NCBI GenBank assembly: GCA_964558505.1
Contig: CAZLEI010000004.1
Location: 9,367-73,366 of the forward strand
DNA: 64,000 nucleotides
Direction: 5' to 3'
Source of the DNA: an uncultured Methanomassiliicoccales archaeon
GTDB lineage: Archaea > Thermoplasmatota > Thermoplasmata > Methanomassiliicoccales > Methanomethylophilaceae
How positions within the stretch are numbered: position 1 is the stretch's first letter; the number at the start of each line of letters is the position of its first letter. Shown here piece after piece: positions 17,369 through 33,800 of this stretch. The translations under genes and the position numbers were made by a program. Below the pieces are notes generated by a model that did not search any database, was not told where the DNA came from, and was given only the letters and a program-made list of their open reading frames with translations.

Positions 17369-20300
17369 TTGAGAGATCTAGTCAAATTGTATTTCGACGA
17401 GCGCAGCATAGTCAACCATCACGTATCGTCGTTCAACGACTTCCTCGCCACTGTCGACAATCCCAACAGCAGGATGCAGAGGATCGTCGACGATATGAGG
17501 GTCCCCACAGATGACGCAGACAGGGGCATCATCAAACTGGACCCGGAGCGCACCGGGGGAAGGAACATCGAGATCCGCATCGGCAGGAGGCGCGATGAGA
17601 ACGGCCTTGTCGATCCCCAGTCGAAACCTACAATACGCATCGACGAGCCGAAGGTCATGGAGGCCAACGGATACAGCCACGAGCTGACCCCCATGGAGGC
17701 CAGGCTCAGGAACCTCAACTACCTTTCACCTGTATATGTTCACTTCGACGTCCTCGAAGACGGCGTCGAGAAAGAGATGGCGGAGGCCGACAGATGGATC
17801 CACGTCGGCGACATGCCCATGATGGTCAAATCCAAAGGGTGCAACCTCAACAGGACCACCGTGGAGAACCACAAAGAGCATGAGATCACCGACGAAGAGT
17901 ACAAAGCGGAGCTCATCGCCAACAAAGAGGACCCCAGGGAGCCCGGAGGATACTTCATCATCGGCGGCACCGAGAGGGCCCTGATCACGCTGGAGGACCT
18001 GGCACCCAACAGGGTCATGGTCGAGTACAACGAGAAGTACGGCACCGCCGTCGAAGTAGCGAAGGTGTTCTCCCAGAGGGAGGGGTACCGTGCGCTCACC
18101 CTCGTTGAGAAGAAGAAGGACGGCATGGTCATGGTATCCGTGCCCGTCGCATCCGGATCCATCCCGCTCATCGCGCTCATGAAAGCGCTGGGAATGGAGT
18201 CCGACCAGGAGATATACGACACCATCGTGTCCCGCGACGACATGGCGAACATCGTCTACGCCAACATCGAGAGCTCCTACGACAAGAAGACCTACGCCCC
18301 CAACGGCTACCACACCCAGGAGGACGCGATCCTGTTCCTGGAGAGGAACTTCGCCGCCGGTCAGGCCAAGGAGTACAGGACGAAGAAGGTCGAGAGCATC
18401 CTCGACCGTTCCCTGCTGCCCCACCTCGGAGACTCCGAGGCGGACCGCATGAAGAAGGCCATTTACCTGGGACGCGTCGCCCGCGCCGTCCTCGAGCTGT
18501 CCCTCGGGGAGAGGAAAGAGGACGACAAGGACCACTACGCCAACAAGAGGCTCAAGCTCTCCGGCGACCTCATGGAGGATCTGTTCAGGACGAGCTTCAA
18601 CAGCCTCATGAAGGACCTGAAGTACCAGCTGGAGAGGAACTGGGGACGCAAGAAGAGCGAGCTCAACATATCGTCCTCCATCCGCCCCGACCTGCTCACG
18701 CACAAGCTCCTGCACGCCCTCGCGACCGGTAACTGGGTCGGCGGACGCGCCGGTGTCTCGCAGCTCCTCGACAGGACATCCAACATGTCCGCGATGTCGC
18801 ACCTCAGGAGGATAACGTCCTCGCTGACCAGGAGCCAGCCTCACTTCGAGGCACGTGACCTGCACCCCACGCAGTGGGGAAGGCTGTGCCCTTCAGAGAC
18901 CCCCGAGGGTCAGAACTGCGGTCTGGTGAAGAACGCGGCCCTCATCATCGACGTCTCCGAGGGATTCCCCGACTCCGATGTCAAGTGGATGCTGAAGGAG
19001 TTCGATGTCGGACCCGTCAAACAGCAGTACACCCGTGTCTACGTCAACGGCGACCTGGTAGGTTCCCACGAGGATGCCAGGAAGCTCCTGGACGGCATAC
19101 GCGACCGCCGCAGGTGCGGACTCCTCTCCAACGAGATCAACATCCGTTTCGACGAGGACATGAACGAGGTCATCATCAACTGCGACGAGGGCCGTCTCAG
19201 ACGCCCCCTGCTCGTCCTGAAGGACGGCAGGACCATGCTCACCAGGAAGCACCTGGAGGGCATCCGCGACAAGAAGATCAAATGGAACGACCTGTTCCGC
19301 GAGGGCATACTCGAGTGGCTCGACGCCGAAGAGGAAGAGGATGTGCTCATCGCCGTGGACGCGTACGATGTCCCCAACAGATGCGAGCACTGCGGACACG
19401 CGCTCTCGCCCATGGACGTCGACTGGATGAACCCCGGGATCGAGGGCGATTGCGTCCTCAAATGCAAATGGTGCGGAGGGGACATGGCAGTGCCCACGAA
19501 GATCACGTCCGCCCACACCCACATGGAGGTGGACCCGATGGTCATCATCGGTGTCGCATCCGGTATCGTCCCGTACCCCGAGCACAACTCCGCGCCCCGT
19601 GTCACGATGGGCGCCGCGATGGCCAAACAGGCACTCGGGATACCTGCGGCGAACTACCGCCTCAGGCCCGACACCCGCGGACACCTGCTCCACTACCCCC
19701 AGGTGCCCATGGTCCAGACCCAGACCATGCAGTTCATGGGATACAACCACAGGCCCGCCGGTCAGAATTTCTGCATCGCGGTCCTTTCATACCACGGATA
19801 CAACATAGAAGATGCCCTTGTCATGAACAAGAGCTCCATACAGAGAGGGCTCGGCAGGTCCACGTTCATGAGGTCCTACCGTTCCGAGGAGCGCCGCTAC
19901 CCCGGCGGACAGGAGGACCACTTCGAGATCCCCATGCCCGACGTCATCGGTGCCCGCGCCGACCTGGCGTACGCATCTCTGGGAGAGGACGGCCTGATCG
20001 CGCCCGAGTCCGACGTGACCGGCGCGGACGTCCTCATCGGAAAGACATCCCCGCCCCGTTTCCTCGAGGAGGAGACGGATTTCCTGACGCCTCAGAAGAG
20101 GAGGGAGACATCCGTCACCGTCAGGCCCGGGGAGAAAGGATACGTCGATTCTGTCATGATCACGGAGTCCGAGAACGGCTCCAGGCTCGTCAGGGTCAAG
20201 ATCAGGGACGAGAGGATCCCCGAGCTGGGCGACAAGTTCTGCTCCAGGTTCGGCCAGAAGGGCGTCATCGGACGCCTGGTCGACCAGTGCGACATGCCGT

Positions 20301-20964
20301 TCACCCAGGACGGCGTCACCCCCGATCTCGTGGTCAACCCCCACGGTATCCCTTCCCGTATGACGATCGGGCACGTGCTCGAGATGATCGCGGGGAAGGT
20401 CGGTGCCATGGACGGACGCGTCATCGACGGCACTGCGTTCTCCGGAGAGAACGAGAGGTCCATCCGCGACGGTCTCGTCAGGAACGGATTCAAGAACACC
20501 GGCAAAGAGGTCATGTACGACGGCAGGACCGGCCGCATGATCCAGACGGACGTCTACACCGGAGTGATCTTCTACGAGAAGCTGCACCACATGGTCAGCG
20601 GGAAGATGCACGTCCGTTCGCGCGGACCCGTCCAGATACTCACCAGGCAGCCCACCGAGGGACGTTCCAGGCAGGGAGGTCTCAGGTTCGGAGAGATGGA
20701 GAGGGACTGTCTCATCGGCCACGGCGCCGCGATGGTCATCAAGGACCGTCTGCTCGATGAGTCCGACGGGACGCAGCAGTACATCTGCGGCAACCCCAAG
20801 TGCGGGCACATCGCGATCATGGACAGGCACGGTTCGCTGTACTGTCCTGTGTGCAAGAACAACACCAGCATCTACCTGGTGCAGACGTCCTATGCGTTCA
20901 AGCTGCTCATGGACGAGCTCCTGTCGCTTGGTGTCGCCATGAGGCTTCAGCTGGAGGACTTAAG

Positions 20965-20968
<4 letters not shown>
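17369..20968 (+). CDS. rpoB: DNA-directed RNA polymerase subunit B (fused B''+B', Rpo2)
   Basis: Rpb2-family blocks run from N- to C-terminus, including the C-terminal Cys4 ribbon (CGNPKCGH…CPVCKN). The subunit is fused, not split. Start is probably TTG 17369 just after the rpoH stop. The ORF-track ATG 17315 would add an Arg/Ser-rich stretch overlapping rpoH in another frame. Confidence 0.93.
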
Positions 20969-25482
<4,514 letters not shown>

Positions 25483-25486
25483 GAAC

Positions 25487-25915
25487 ATGTCTGCCGATAT
25501 CGTACTTACCGAGGACACCCTCAGATACATATCCCTCTTCGAGGCGATAACGAAGGCCAATGTCATCGACTGCATGGATACTGAGGAGAAGCTCGTGTTC
25601 GTCGTCGAGAAGGGCCAGGGCAACATAGCTGTGGGTAAGAAAGGCGAGCATGTGATAAAGCTCAAGGAGAAGACCGGGAAGAACATCCAGGTTGTGGAGT
25701 ACTCCGAGGATCCCGAGCAGTTCGTCATGAACGTGTTCCATATCTACACTCCTCAGAAGGTCGAGATCGAGCAACGCGGGAACATAACCCACGCAACCGT
25801 GACCGTTGATCCCAAGCTCAAGGGACGCGCCATCGGGAAAGCGGGCAAGAACCTGCGCATTGCAAGGGACATCGTCAACAGGCATCACGAGATCCAGAGC
25901 ATCAGCGTGGACTGA
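25487..25915 (+). CDS. nusA: transcription termination/antitermination factor NusA (archaeal two-KH form)
   Basis: 142 aa with two KH-like GxxG segments (GKKGEHV, GKAGKNL). Canonical position after rpl30e in the archaeal RNAP operon. Confidence 0.85.
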   Translation: MSADIVLTEDTLRYISLFEAITKANVIDCMDTEEKLVFVVEKGQGNIAVGKKGEHVIKLKEKTGKNIQVVEYSEDPEQFVMNVFHIYTPQKVEIEQRGNITHATVTVDPKLKGRAIGKAGKNLRIARDIVNRHHEIQSISVD

Positions 25916-26012
25916 TCGTGTCATCCCCGACGGTCGGTGCGCCCCGAGCAGGGACGCCGAAAAACCATTTACCTTCTTTAAATTTATTCAATAATTTGAA
26001 TGTCTGGCTATG

Positions 26013-27125
26013 TTACTTCAACGGTGTACGTTCGACCTCCAGGCCGTCCGCTGTGGGGTACGTTTCCGACAGATAGCATTTGTAAGGCAGCTCCCCCGCG
26101 AGCTCCTCGAGTATCCATGGCGCGACCGCCAGGCAACCCTTCTCGGGCAATGCGGCCATGAGCTCTGCGGGCACTTCGTACGTGCCGGACAGGAGGTCCA
26201 TGGCGGCATCGAGGTCGTCAGCGTACAGCAGCCCCCTTATCAGGGTGCCGTCCTCGGTGACTATCTCATACTCTTCGGCGATGTGCTCGGCACGGCGTAT
26301 GAGACGGTTCCTGAGCTGCACGCCGTCCTTGAATGCAGAAGAGCAGAAATGGACGTTGGCCTTCCGATGCCGTTTGAGCATGGCGTGGGCCACTTCTTCC
26401 GAGCCGGAAACTGCCGACGAGATCTCGTCCTTCAGTCCGTAACCATGCTCTCCCATCATGTTCCAGTTGCTCTCGGAGAACTCCAATTCGTTGAGGTTGA
26501 CGAACCTCACGCCTGCCGACTCGGCATATTTTATAAGCGCGTCCAGGTCCGCATCGTGGCCGGGCAGTGCGGGCACTTCGATGCCCACATCGATGCCGCA
26601 GGTCCTGACGATCTCCGCCAGCGGGGTCCTCTCCATATGAGCCCAAACATCGGGCGACGGATGGAACCTGATCTCGTCCAGTCCGGCATCGGCGACTTTC
26701 TTGACAAGTGCCGGGTCCATGGTGGACGTGTACAGATGGATGTGGTGCTCGTCGCCGAACCGCTCTTTGAGGAGGCGTATCACGCGTATCGTCCTCTCCG
26801 GACTCATGAGCGGGTCCCCGCCGGTTATGCCGGTCCCGGTGGCATCCATGGCCTCGGCTTCCGCGATGATCTCTTCGGGCGCAGTGACCTGCATCTCGTT
26901 GGCGTAGACCACGTCGCGGTCCTTCTTCTCCAACGACACCGGGCAGTAGAAGCAGCCAGTCCCGCAGATCCCGCTGACGAACAGGACCATCTTCGATCCT
27001 TTTATGCAGTGTTCGCAGCCGACGGCCAACCGGCCGTTCGTGGCAGAGCCGCAATCCATCTTCCTGATACGCATCACCGAGCAATCGTCGAACCCTTTAT
27101 TAAGAGTTGTGAACTTGCATGACAT
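26013..27125 (-). CDS. radical SAM domain protein (pyruvate formate-lyase activase-related, COG2108-like)
   Basis: CX3CX2C cluster (CGTGCFYC) within a family-typical ~370-aa protein; G-rich SAM-binding segment (TGITGGDP). Confidence 0.8.
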   Translation of the reverse strand: MSCKFTTLNKGFDDCSVMRIRKMDCGSATNGRLAVGCEHCIKGSKMVLFVSGICGTGCFYCPVSLEKKDRDVVYANEMQVTAPEEIIAEAEAMDATGTGITGGDPLMSPERTIRVIRLLKERFGDEHHIHLYTSTMDPALVKKVADAGLDEIRFHPSPDVWAHMERTPLAEIVRTCGIDVGIEVPALPGHDADLDALIKYAESAGVRFVNLNELEFSESNWNMMGEHGYGLKDEISSAVSGSEEVAHAMLKRHRKANVHFCSSAFKDGVQLRNRLIRRAEHIAEEYEIVTEDGTLIRGLLYADDLDAAMDLLSGTYEVPAELMAALPEKGCLAVAPWILEELAGELPYKCYLSETYPTADGLEVERTPLK

Positions 27126-27134
27126 GGTGAACAG

Positions 27135-27779
27135 ATGAGGAAGGACACGCGCTTGGTATTGGCATTGGATGAGACGAACGAGGAGAAGGCGATGGACATA
27201 GCCAGATCAGTTTCTCCGTACGTCGATGCAGTGAAGATCAATTGGCCTTTGGTCCTTTCCGCGGGGCCGGGGATGATCACCAAGCTCTCGAAGGAGACAG
27301 AGGTCATATGCGATTTCAAAGTGGCCGACATACCCAACACCGTGCGCCTCATCGTCGAGCAGTCGGTATCCAAGGGGGCGTCCGCGGTGATCGTGCATGC
27401 ATTCACCGGGGAGGACTCCATGACAGCCGCCGTCGAGGCCGCCGGAGATGCGGAGATATACGCGGTAACCGAGATGAGCCACCCCGGCGGGAAGATGTTC
27501 ACGGCGCTCCATGCGGAGGAGATGGCGGCGATGGGCGTCAGATGCGGCGCGGCCGGGTTCATAGCGCCTGCCACGCGCCCGGAGAGGATAGCGGCCGTGC
27601 GCTCGATAATCGGGGACAGGAAGATCCTGTCCCCCGGTGTCGGGGCACAGGGCGGCAGCGCATCGTCAGCGATATCCGCAGGGGCGGACTACGTGATAGT
27701 GGGCCGCGCGATCTACGGTTCGGAGGACCCCCGGTCGGCAGCCAGGTCCATATACGAGGAGATAGCGTCGTCCCTGTGA
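27135..27779 (+). CDS. pyrF: orotidine 5'-phosphate decarboxylase
   Basis: LALDETN…DAVKINWPL…DFKVADIPNT… conserved OMP decarboxylase blocks. Confidence 0.88.
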   Translation: MRKDTRLVLALDETNEEKAMDIARSVSPYVDAVKINWPLVLSAGPGMITKLSKETEVICDFKVADIPNTVRLIVEQSVSKGASAVIVHAFTGEDSMTAAVEAAGDAEIYAVTEMSHPGGKMFTALHAEEMAAMGVRCGAAGFIAPATRPERIAAVRSIIGDRKILSPGVGAQGGSASSAISAGADYVIVGRAIYGSEDPRSAARSIYEEIASSL

Positions 27780-27849
27780 CGCCCCCTCTTTTTATTATAT
27801 TATATTTACTCTCTCGCCCGTCCGTAAACCTATAAATAGAACTGCCCCT

Positions 27850-30800
27850 ATGAACCGCCATTCTATAGAAGCGGAGAATTCTAGAATGCGCAAATTCGTA
27901 TCTAAGTCAACCGACTCTCAAAAAGAGAGTAAAGGTCGCTCCATTGTGGGCGACGGTGGATGGTTTGGGAACAATAAGCGCCTGGTCCTGATGCTGTTCG
28001 CGATAGTATTGGTGGCCCTCTTCCTGAGGGTCTTCTATTCGTACGGCATCTCCGTGGGAAGCGGCATCGCCCTTTCCGGAGGATCGAGCGCGGAATATCA
28101 CCTCAGTGTGATTGAGAACCTGGTCGCTACCGGCCAGTTCGTCATCTCGGACCTTGCAGTCAACTACCCGTACGGCGGTCTCAACGTGTTCCCGCCGTTG
28201 ATGGACGTCATCGTCGCCCTGTTCGCGTGGATCGCCACGGCTGCAGGCGTGCCCGTCGCTACGGCGAGTGCGGCGGCTCTGTCCTGGTTCGCACCCATCG
28301 TCGGCACCCTTGCCGTTGTTGCTGCGTACTACCTCGGAGTCGAGATGTACAACAAGAAGGTCGGCGTGCTTGCTGCCCTCTTCCTTGCTGTGTTCCCCCT
28401 CATGATATCGGGAACCGTGTTCTCCAACGGGACTGAGAGCGCGTTCTACCTGTTCCTCTTCATCGGCATGCTGTTCTTCCTCGTGAAGGCCGTGAAAGCA
28501 GTCGATGCCACCGAGATGCAGGGATACAAGGCCGTTTTCGCTGACAGGGCGATACTGAAGCCCATGATCTTCACGATCATCTGCTTCGTCCTCATCGCCC
28601 TCACATGGAACGGATTCTACGCCGTGGTCCTCGTGCTCGTGGCCATAATGGTCATCCAGGCGCTCCTCGACAGGTTCAGGGGCAAGGATTTCACGGTCAT
28701 CACCATGCTCTACGCCATGGTCCTCCTGATCGGCATCTGCATCTCTGCGGCATACTACGTACCCGCAGGGCTTTGGAATGCGGTCTTCTCCGGGCCGTTC
28801 ATCGTGTCGATCATGGCGGTCGTCTTCACGCTCGCATACACGAAGGTGCAGTCCAAGCCGTGGATAATCACCATCCCCGTGTTCGCGGTCATCATCGCAG
28901 CGATCTTCGTGGCGCTCTACTTCGCCGCGCCCGCACTCTTCAACGACGTCGTGTTCGGGAACAGCATCTATGGCGGTAACCTCTTCGGGAACCTCATAAT
29001 CGCTTCCGACGGACCGACGCTCTCCCAGCTCGGGACGTACTATGGATGGGCGACCTTCTGGTTCCCCATGGCGATGCTCGTCCTCATGGCATGGGGATTC
29101 CGCAAGAACATGGATTCCAGATTCTACGTCTTCATGTTCCTGTGGTACGCCGCACTCCTGATCCTCACTTGGGTCACCGACGCCACCATGTTCCTTTGCG
29201 CACCGGTCTACGCCATAGGCGCGGCCGCACTCATCGTGAAGGTCTTGGACCTCGTCGACATACGCGGTTATTTCGCCAGTTTCAAAGGGGTCGACTTCAA
29301 ATCCTTCTGGAAGAAGCTGATAAAGCCCGCTCCCTTCATCGCGGTCCTCGTCGGAGTGTTCCTGGTGGCCATGCCCGGTGCGATATACGCCGTGGATGCC
29401 AGCATATCCAACAACGAGAAATCCGACTACAACCTCTCTGCTCTCGGTGCTGCCGGCTACTACGTCGACACCACGGATGCGAACACGATCAACAACCTGT
29501 GGAACCAGTACTCTTCGGAGATCAAGACGGGTGCACTCGTCACCTGGACCAACTACGCCAACACTGCCGCGGCCATCGGCGGGTTCCCCACCGTGACCTC
29601 CATCACCGGCGGAGGCGCATCGGCCGCATCCAACATCATGTTGGCGAACGGAAGCGCAGGCGCGACGGCGGCAATGGCAGTGCGCATGATTGAATCGAAA
29701 GGGCTCTCCGAGTTCCAGTCGATCCTCGCCGCATACCCTGATATCGACTATGCATACCTCACGACCCTGTTCACGAACGAGAAGTTCGTCAAGGACCTCG
29801 TCATCGGTGCACCCGATGTCTACGGTGCGGTATCCACATCCATAACCTTCGAGAACGCCCGCTACCTCGCGGTCGTGGAGTACCTGACATCCAGCCTCTC
29901 CGAGCCCCAGATCGACAAGCTCTACGATGCGGTCTGCGCCCAGATCGACAAGCAGATCAGCTACATAGCGGTCAACGGATCGATGCTCCACCTCTACTAC
30001 AACGACGGATCGTCGCTGTCCACGATGGCGTACCTCAACGATTACGCATTCTCGACGGACGGGTCCGTCACGAAGTTCTACTCCTACGGGACCTCGTCAC
30101 CCTATTACTGCACATACACGAGCGCGATGTACGAGACCTTCCTCTGGAAGTCCATCATCGGCATGTCGCCCGCTGATGTCGGCATATCGTCGGGCATCTC
30201 GTACCTCAGCTCCCTCGCACTCAGCGACGGGACGTACAAGGCACACCCCGGATACGGCCTCAGCAACTACAGCCTGGCCTACTGGCATGTCATGTACAAC
30301 GCGGATAAAGAGGCCACCCTGGCCTCCGAGGGATGGGTCGACATGGATGCGTACGAGGCCATGGCGCTTCAGGAGTCCGAGGGCGGTCTCATCAACTACA
30401 TAGCCGGAACGACCATGTTCGAGTACAGGTCCAACACCGTGACGAACACCCTCAGCGGGAAGGTCACATACGACACGGGGTCGTCCATCGATCCCGCGAA
30501 GGGGATCCAGGTCGCAGTGTTCGAGGGAATGGACACCGACGGCGACGGCAATGTCGACGAGTACATGCAGCGCTGCACCACATACACCAATGCAGAGGGC
30601 AAGTACGAAGTGTCCGTGAGCAACACGGCGGTCGGCTACAAACTGGTCTATTCCGCAGGCACGAAGACGATGACCGGCGGTGTGGAGATCAAGACGCTCT
30701 ACAACCCGGCCCTCAACGATTCGAGGCTCAGCTTCACCGTGGCGAACATCTCCATGAGCGGGCAGGTCCTGGTCAATGGCGAGAAGTACGTCACATCGGC

Positions 30801-33800
30801 TGCCGAGCCGATCACGGTGCAGATACTCGGTGCCAGCACAGGATACAAGAGCTCGGTGACGTCCGCGTCCGGAGCATTCACCTTCAACAACGTCCTTCCC
30901 GACAGCTACACCATAACCGTGGTCAAGGCGAACGGGAACACGCTCGTATCGACCACATACAAGACGCTCGAGGGACACAACTCGGGCATAGAGGTCGAGA
31001 CCGCAACCGGGAAGATCACGGTCACGGTCACCGACGACACCGGGAACACCGTCAACGGCGGCTCGGTCGTCGCCACCGACACCACCGATGGACAGAGGTT
31101 CTACGGGACCATCGAGAACGGCACGGCAGTGATACAGGTCATCCCCGGGAAGTTCACGATCAGCGCGGCGGACGGGTACTCTTCAGTGTACTCCACATCC
31201 GTCACGGTGGCATCCTCCGGATCCAAGACGGCGAGCCTCACGGTCTACAAGAGCGTCGATCTCTCGGTCACAGTTCCGACTGCCGGGATGTCCGTGACCC
31301 TGTCCGGGTCTGACGGCTTCACGATGTCCGCATCCTCCGGGAACACCACGACTGCGAAGTTCGCGGTGCCGATAAGCGTGGGTGCGGGGGTCGGGAACGG
31401 ATACACGTTCACGCTCACAGCATCCAATGGGGACAAAGCGGGATCATCGCTTCACTGGGCCACATGGACCTACTCCGGTTCGTCCACTGCGTCCGTGAGC
31501 CTTTCGTCCGCAGGCACTCTCCAGCAGGTCACAGGAACCCTGAAGGACAGCTCCGGCACCGCAACTGCTGGAACAGTGCTGTTCTACACCGCAGACGGAA
31601 AGGTCCTGACGGGATCCGCCGGCAGCGATGGCGCGATCACGGCTCTCCTGCCCTCCGGAACGTACACCATGTACGCATTCGACGGCAGCGACTCGGTGAT
31701 CCTCAAGAAGATAACGGTCGGGTCCGCCGTGCTCGCTCTCGGAGATGTCACCATGTCCGATGCACGCAAGATCACGTCCACGCTCAACTATTCCACGTAC
31801 ATGTCGTCCTCGACCAGCAAGACCCTCAGGTTCCTGCAGGTCAACATCGACGAGATCATCGTTGGAGAGGAGACCTTCTCGTTCTTCTACATGACGAACT
31901 CCTCCGGGAAAGCGATCGTGTACATACCGAGCGGCAGCTCGTGCACAGTGAACGTCCCTGCGATGTCCACGTCCGCGCTCACGATGGAAGCCCAGGCCAA
32001 CAAGATAGAGGCCGGCACTTCCAACAGCAGCAAGACGTACTCGGCCACCACGGTCGATGTCAACGTCAAATGCGGCGACGGGTACACAGTGCACCTCGAT
32101 CCGTACAGCAGCACCCTCAAGGAGGTCACCGTGACCCCCGCAGGAGTCGCTGTCAGGCCGGGTCAGTACACCGCGAAGGTCGAGGCCTCCTCCGGTTACT
32201 ACTACACCGGAACGGTCTACATCTACCCCGGAATGACCAGCATGACCCTCGACATAACACCGACAAAGGTCAACAAGGTCACCATATCGGGCCTGGACGC
32301 CTCCGATGTCGTCGATGTGAAGCCTCTCGACGGCGGCTCCAGCGTCAATGACGAAGCGGCGAAGGGCATATGGTATGTGGAATCCGGCTACAGCTACTAC
32401 TTCAAGATAACAGCGAGCAACGGCAACATCGCCTACCTCTCTGCAGACAATGTATCGGCCGATGTCACGTTCACCGGACCGGCGAAGACTGCGCCCATCA
32501 AGGTCACGGGATTCGTCGGAGTGGCCGGGACCGGAGATCTGGTCGTCGAGTACGGCGGGGTCTCGGTGCCCTTCTCCATAAAGGGAGGAGTGTACACGGC
32601 CACGTTGCCGACAGGCATCACCGGGGACATCAGGTTCACGGCGAGCGTCGCCAACACCGTCGACGGTAAGACGTACTACTTCGACAGGTCGGTCACGATG
32701 GCATCGAACCAGGTGACGGACGGTCTCGTGCTGAACCTCAGCTCCGTGGACAGCGGTGTCACCGCAGCCCTCGGCAGCACGGTGGTCAACACGGCGAACG
32801 ACATGGTCTCGTTCTCCATCCTGCTGACCAACACATCGAACTCGGCGGTCACCCTGGTGCCTTCCGGCGGAAGCGCATGGAGCAAGATATCGTTCCCCAG
32901 CGGATCCATCGTGGTCCCCGCCAAGGGCACGTACACCTTGACCGTGGCCAATGCCGTCTACACGCACGGCACCGCTGCCGGAAGCTCGTCGCTCAGCGTC
33001 AGTTTCTCGGATGCGGCAGGCAGCACGGTTCTGTCGACCACGGTCGATGCCCCCGGGATGTACCCGGCATATGCCGTCAACAGCGGTGCGGGAAGCTTCT
33101 CCAACGGAGTGGCGACCTTCGGGTTCACAGTGACCAACAACCTGGACGTCGAGCAGACAGTCCTGGTCGACGGAGGATCCGCATGGAAGACCATCGACTT
33201 CACCCTGTCCGGCGCGTCCGTGCAGGCAGTGACGGTGCCCGCGAAGGGAACGGTCACGGTCGTGGCCAATGCGACATACGATGCGGCCAAGCACGGAATG
33301 GGCGACAAGACGATGTCGGTCATCCTGTCCAGTGTGAATGGCGACAAGATGCAGACCATGACGGTCGATACCACCGGAATGATCCATTCCGCAACGACCT
33401 CGACCGTCGTGGACTCCAGCCTCGGGACCGACGCGTCCTCGGATGCGGTCAACGGATACGAGTACATGTACGCGGTGACACTGAACAACAAGGACAATTT
33501 CGCGAAGTTCGCATCGCTCTCGGTCACCGGCAACCTGTCCGGATGGTATGTGACCATCATGGACGCGGCCGGAACGACGATACTCGATGCCAACGGCGGA
33601 TCCTACAAGATCCCGGCCTTCTCCACGGAGACGGTCTATGTGAAGGTCATGTCGCATCAGGGAGCGGTTGCCGTGCCCAGTCTCACCATCGCGGTGACCG
33701 TGACGGACGGGGCAGGGAATTCGATGCCGGTCTCGACGACGAGCTCGAACATCGCGATCAGCGGCAACACTGCCACCATGACGCAGTCCGAAGGCTCCAT

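Noticed and set aside
17726-20830. Long ORFs antisense or alternate-frame to rpoB (17726-18865 minus strand, 18874-20760 plus strand, 19787-20830 minus strand)
   Set aside because: They overlap the unambiguous rpoB frame. Translations are Arg/Gly/Pro/His-rich with no domain signatures.
31444-33657. 737-aa minus-strand ORF and other long alternate-frame ORFs inside the giant surface-protein gene
   Set aside because: Artefacts of the high-GC, Thr/Gly-codon-rich repeat region; their translations are Arg/Gly/Asp low-complexity. The repeats are protein-level and not DNA tandem repeats, and no CRISPR-like spacing was seen.
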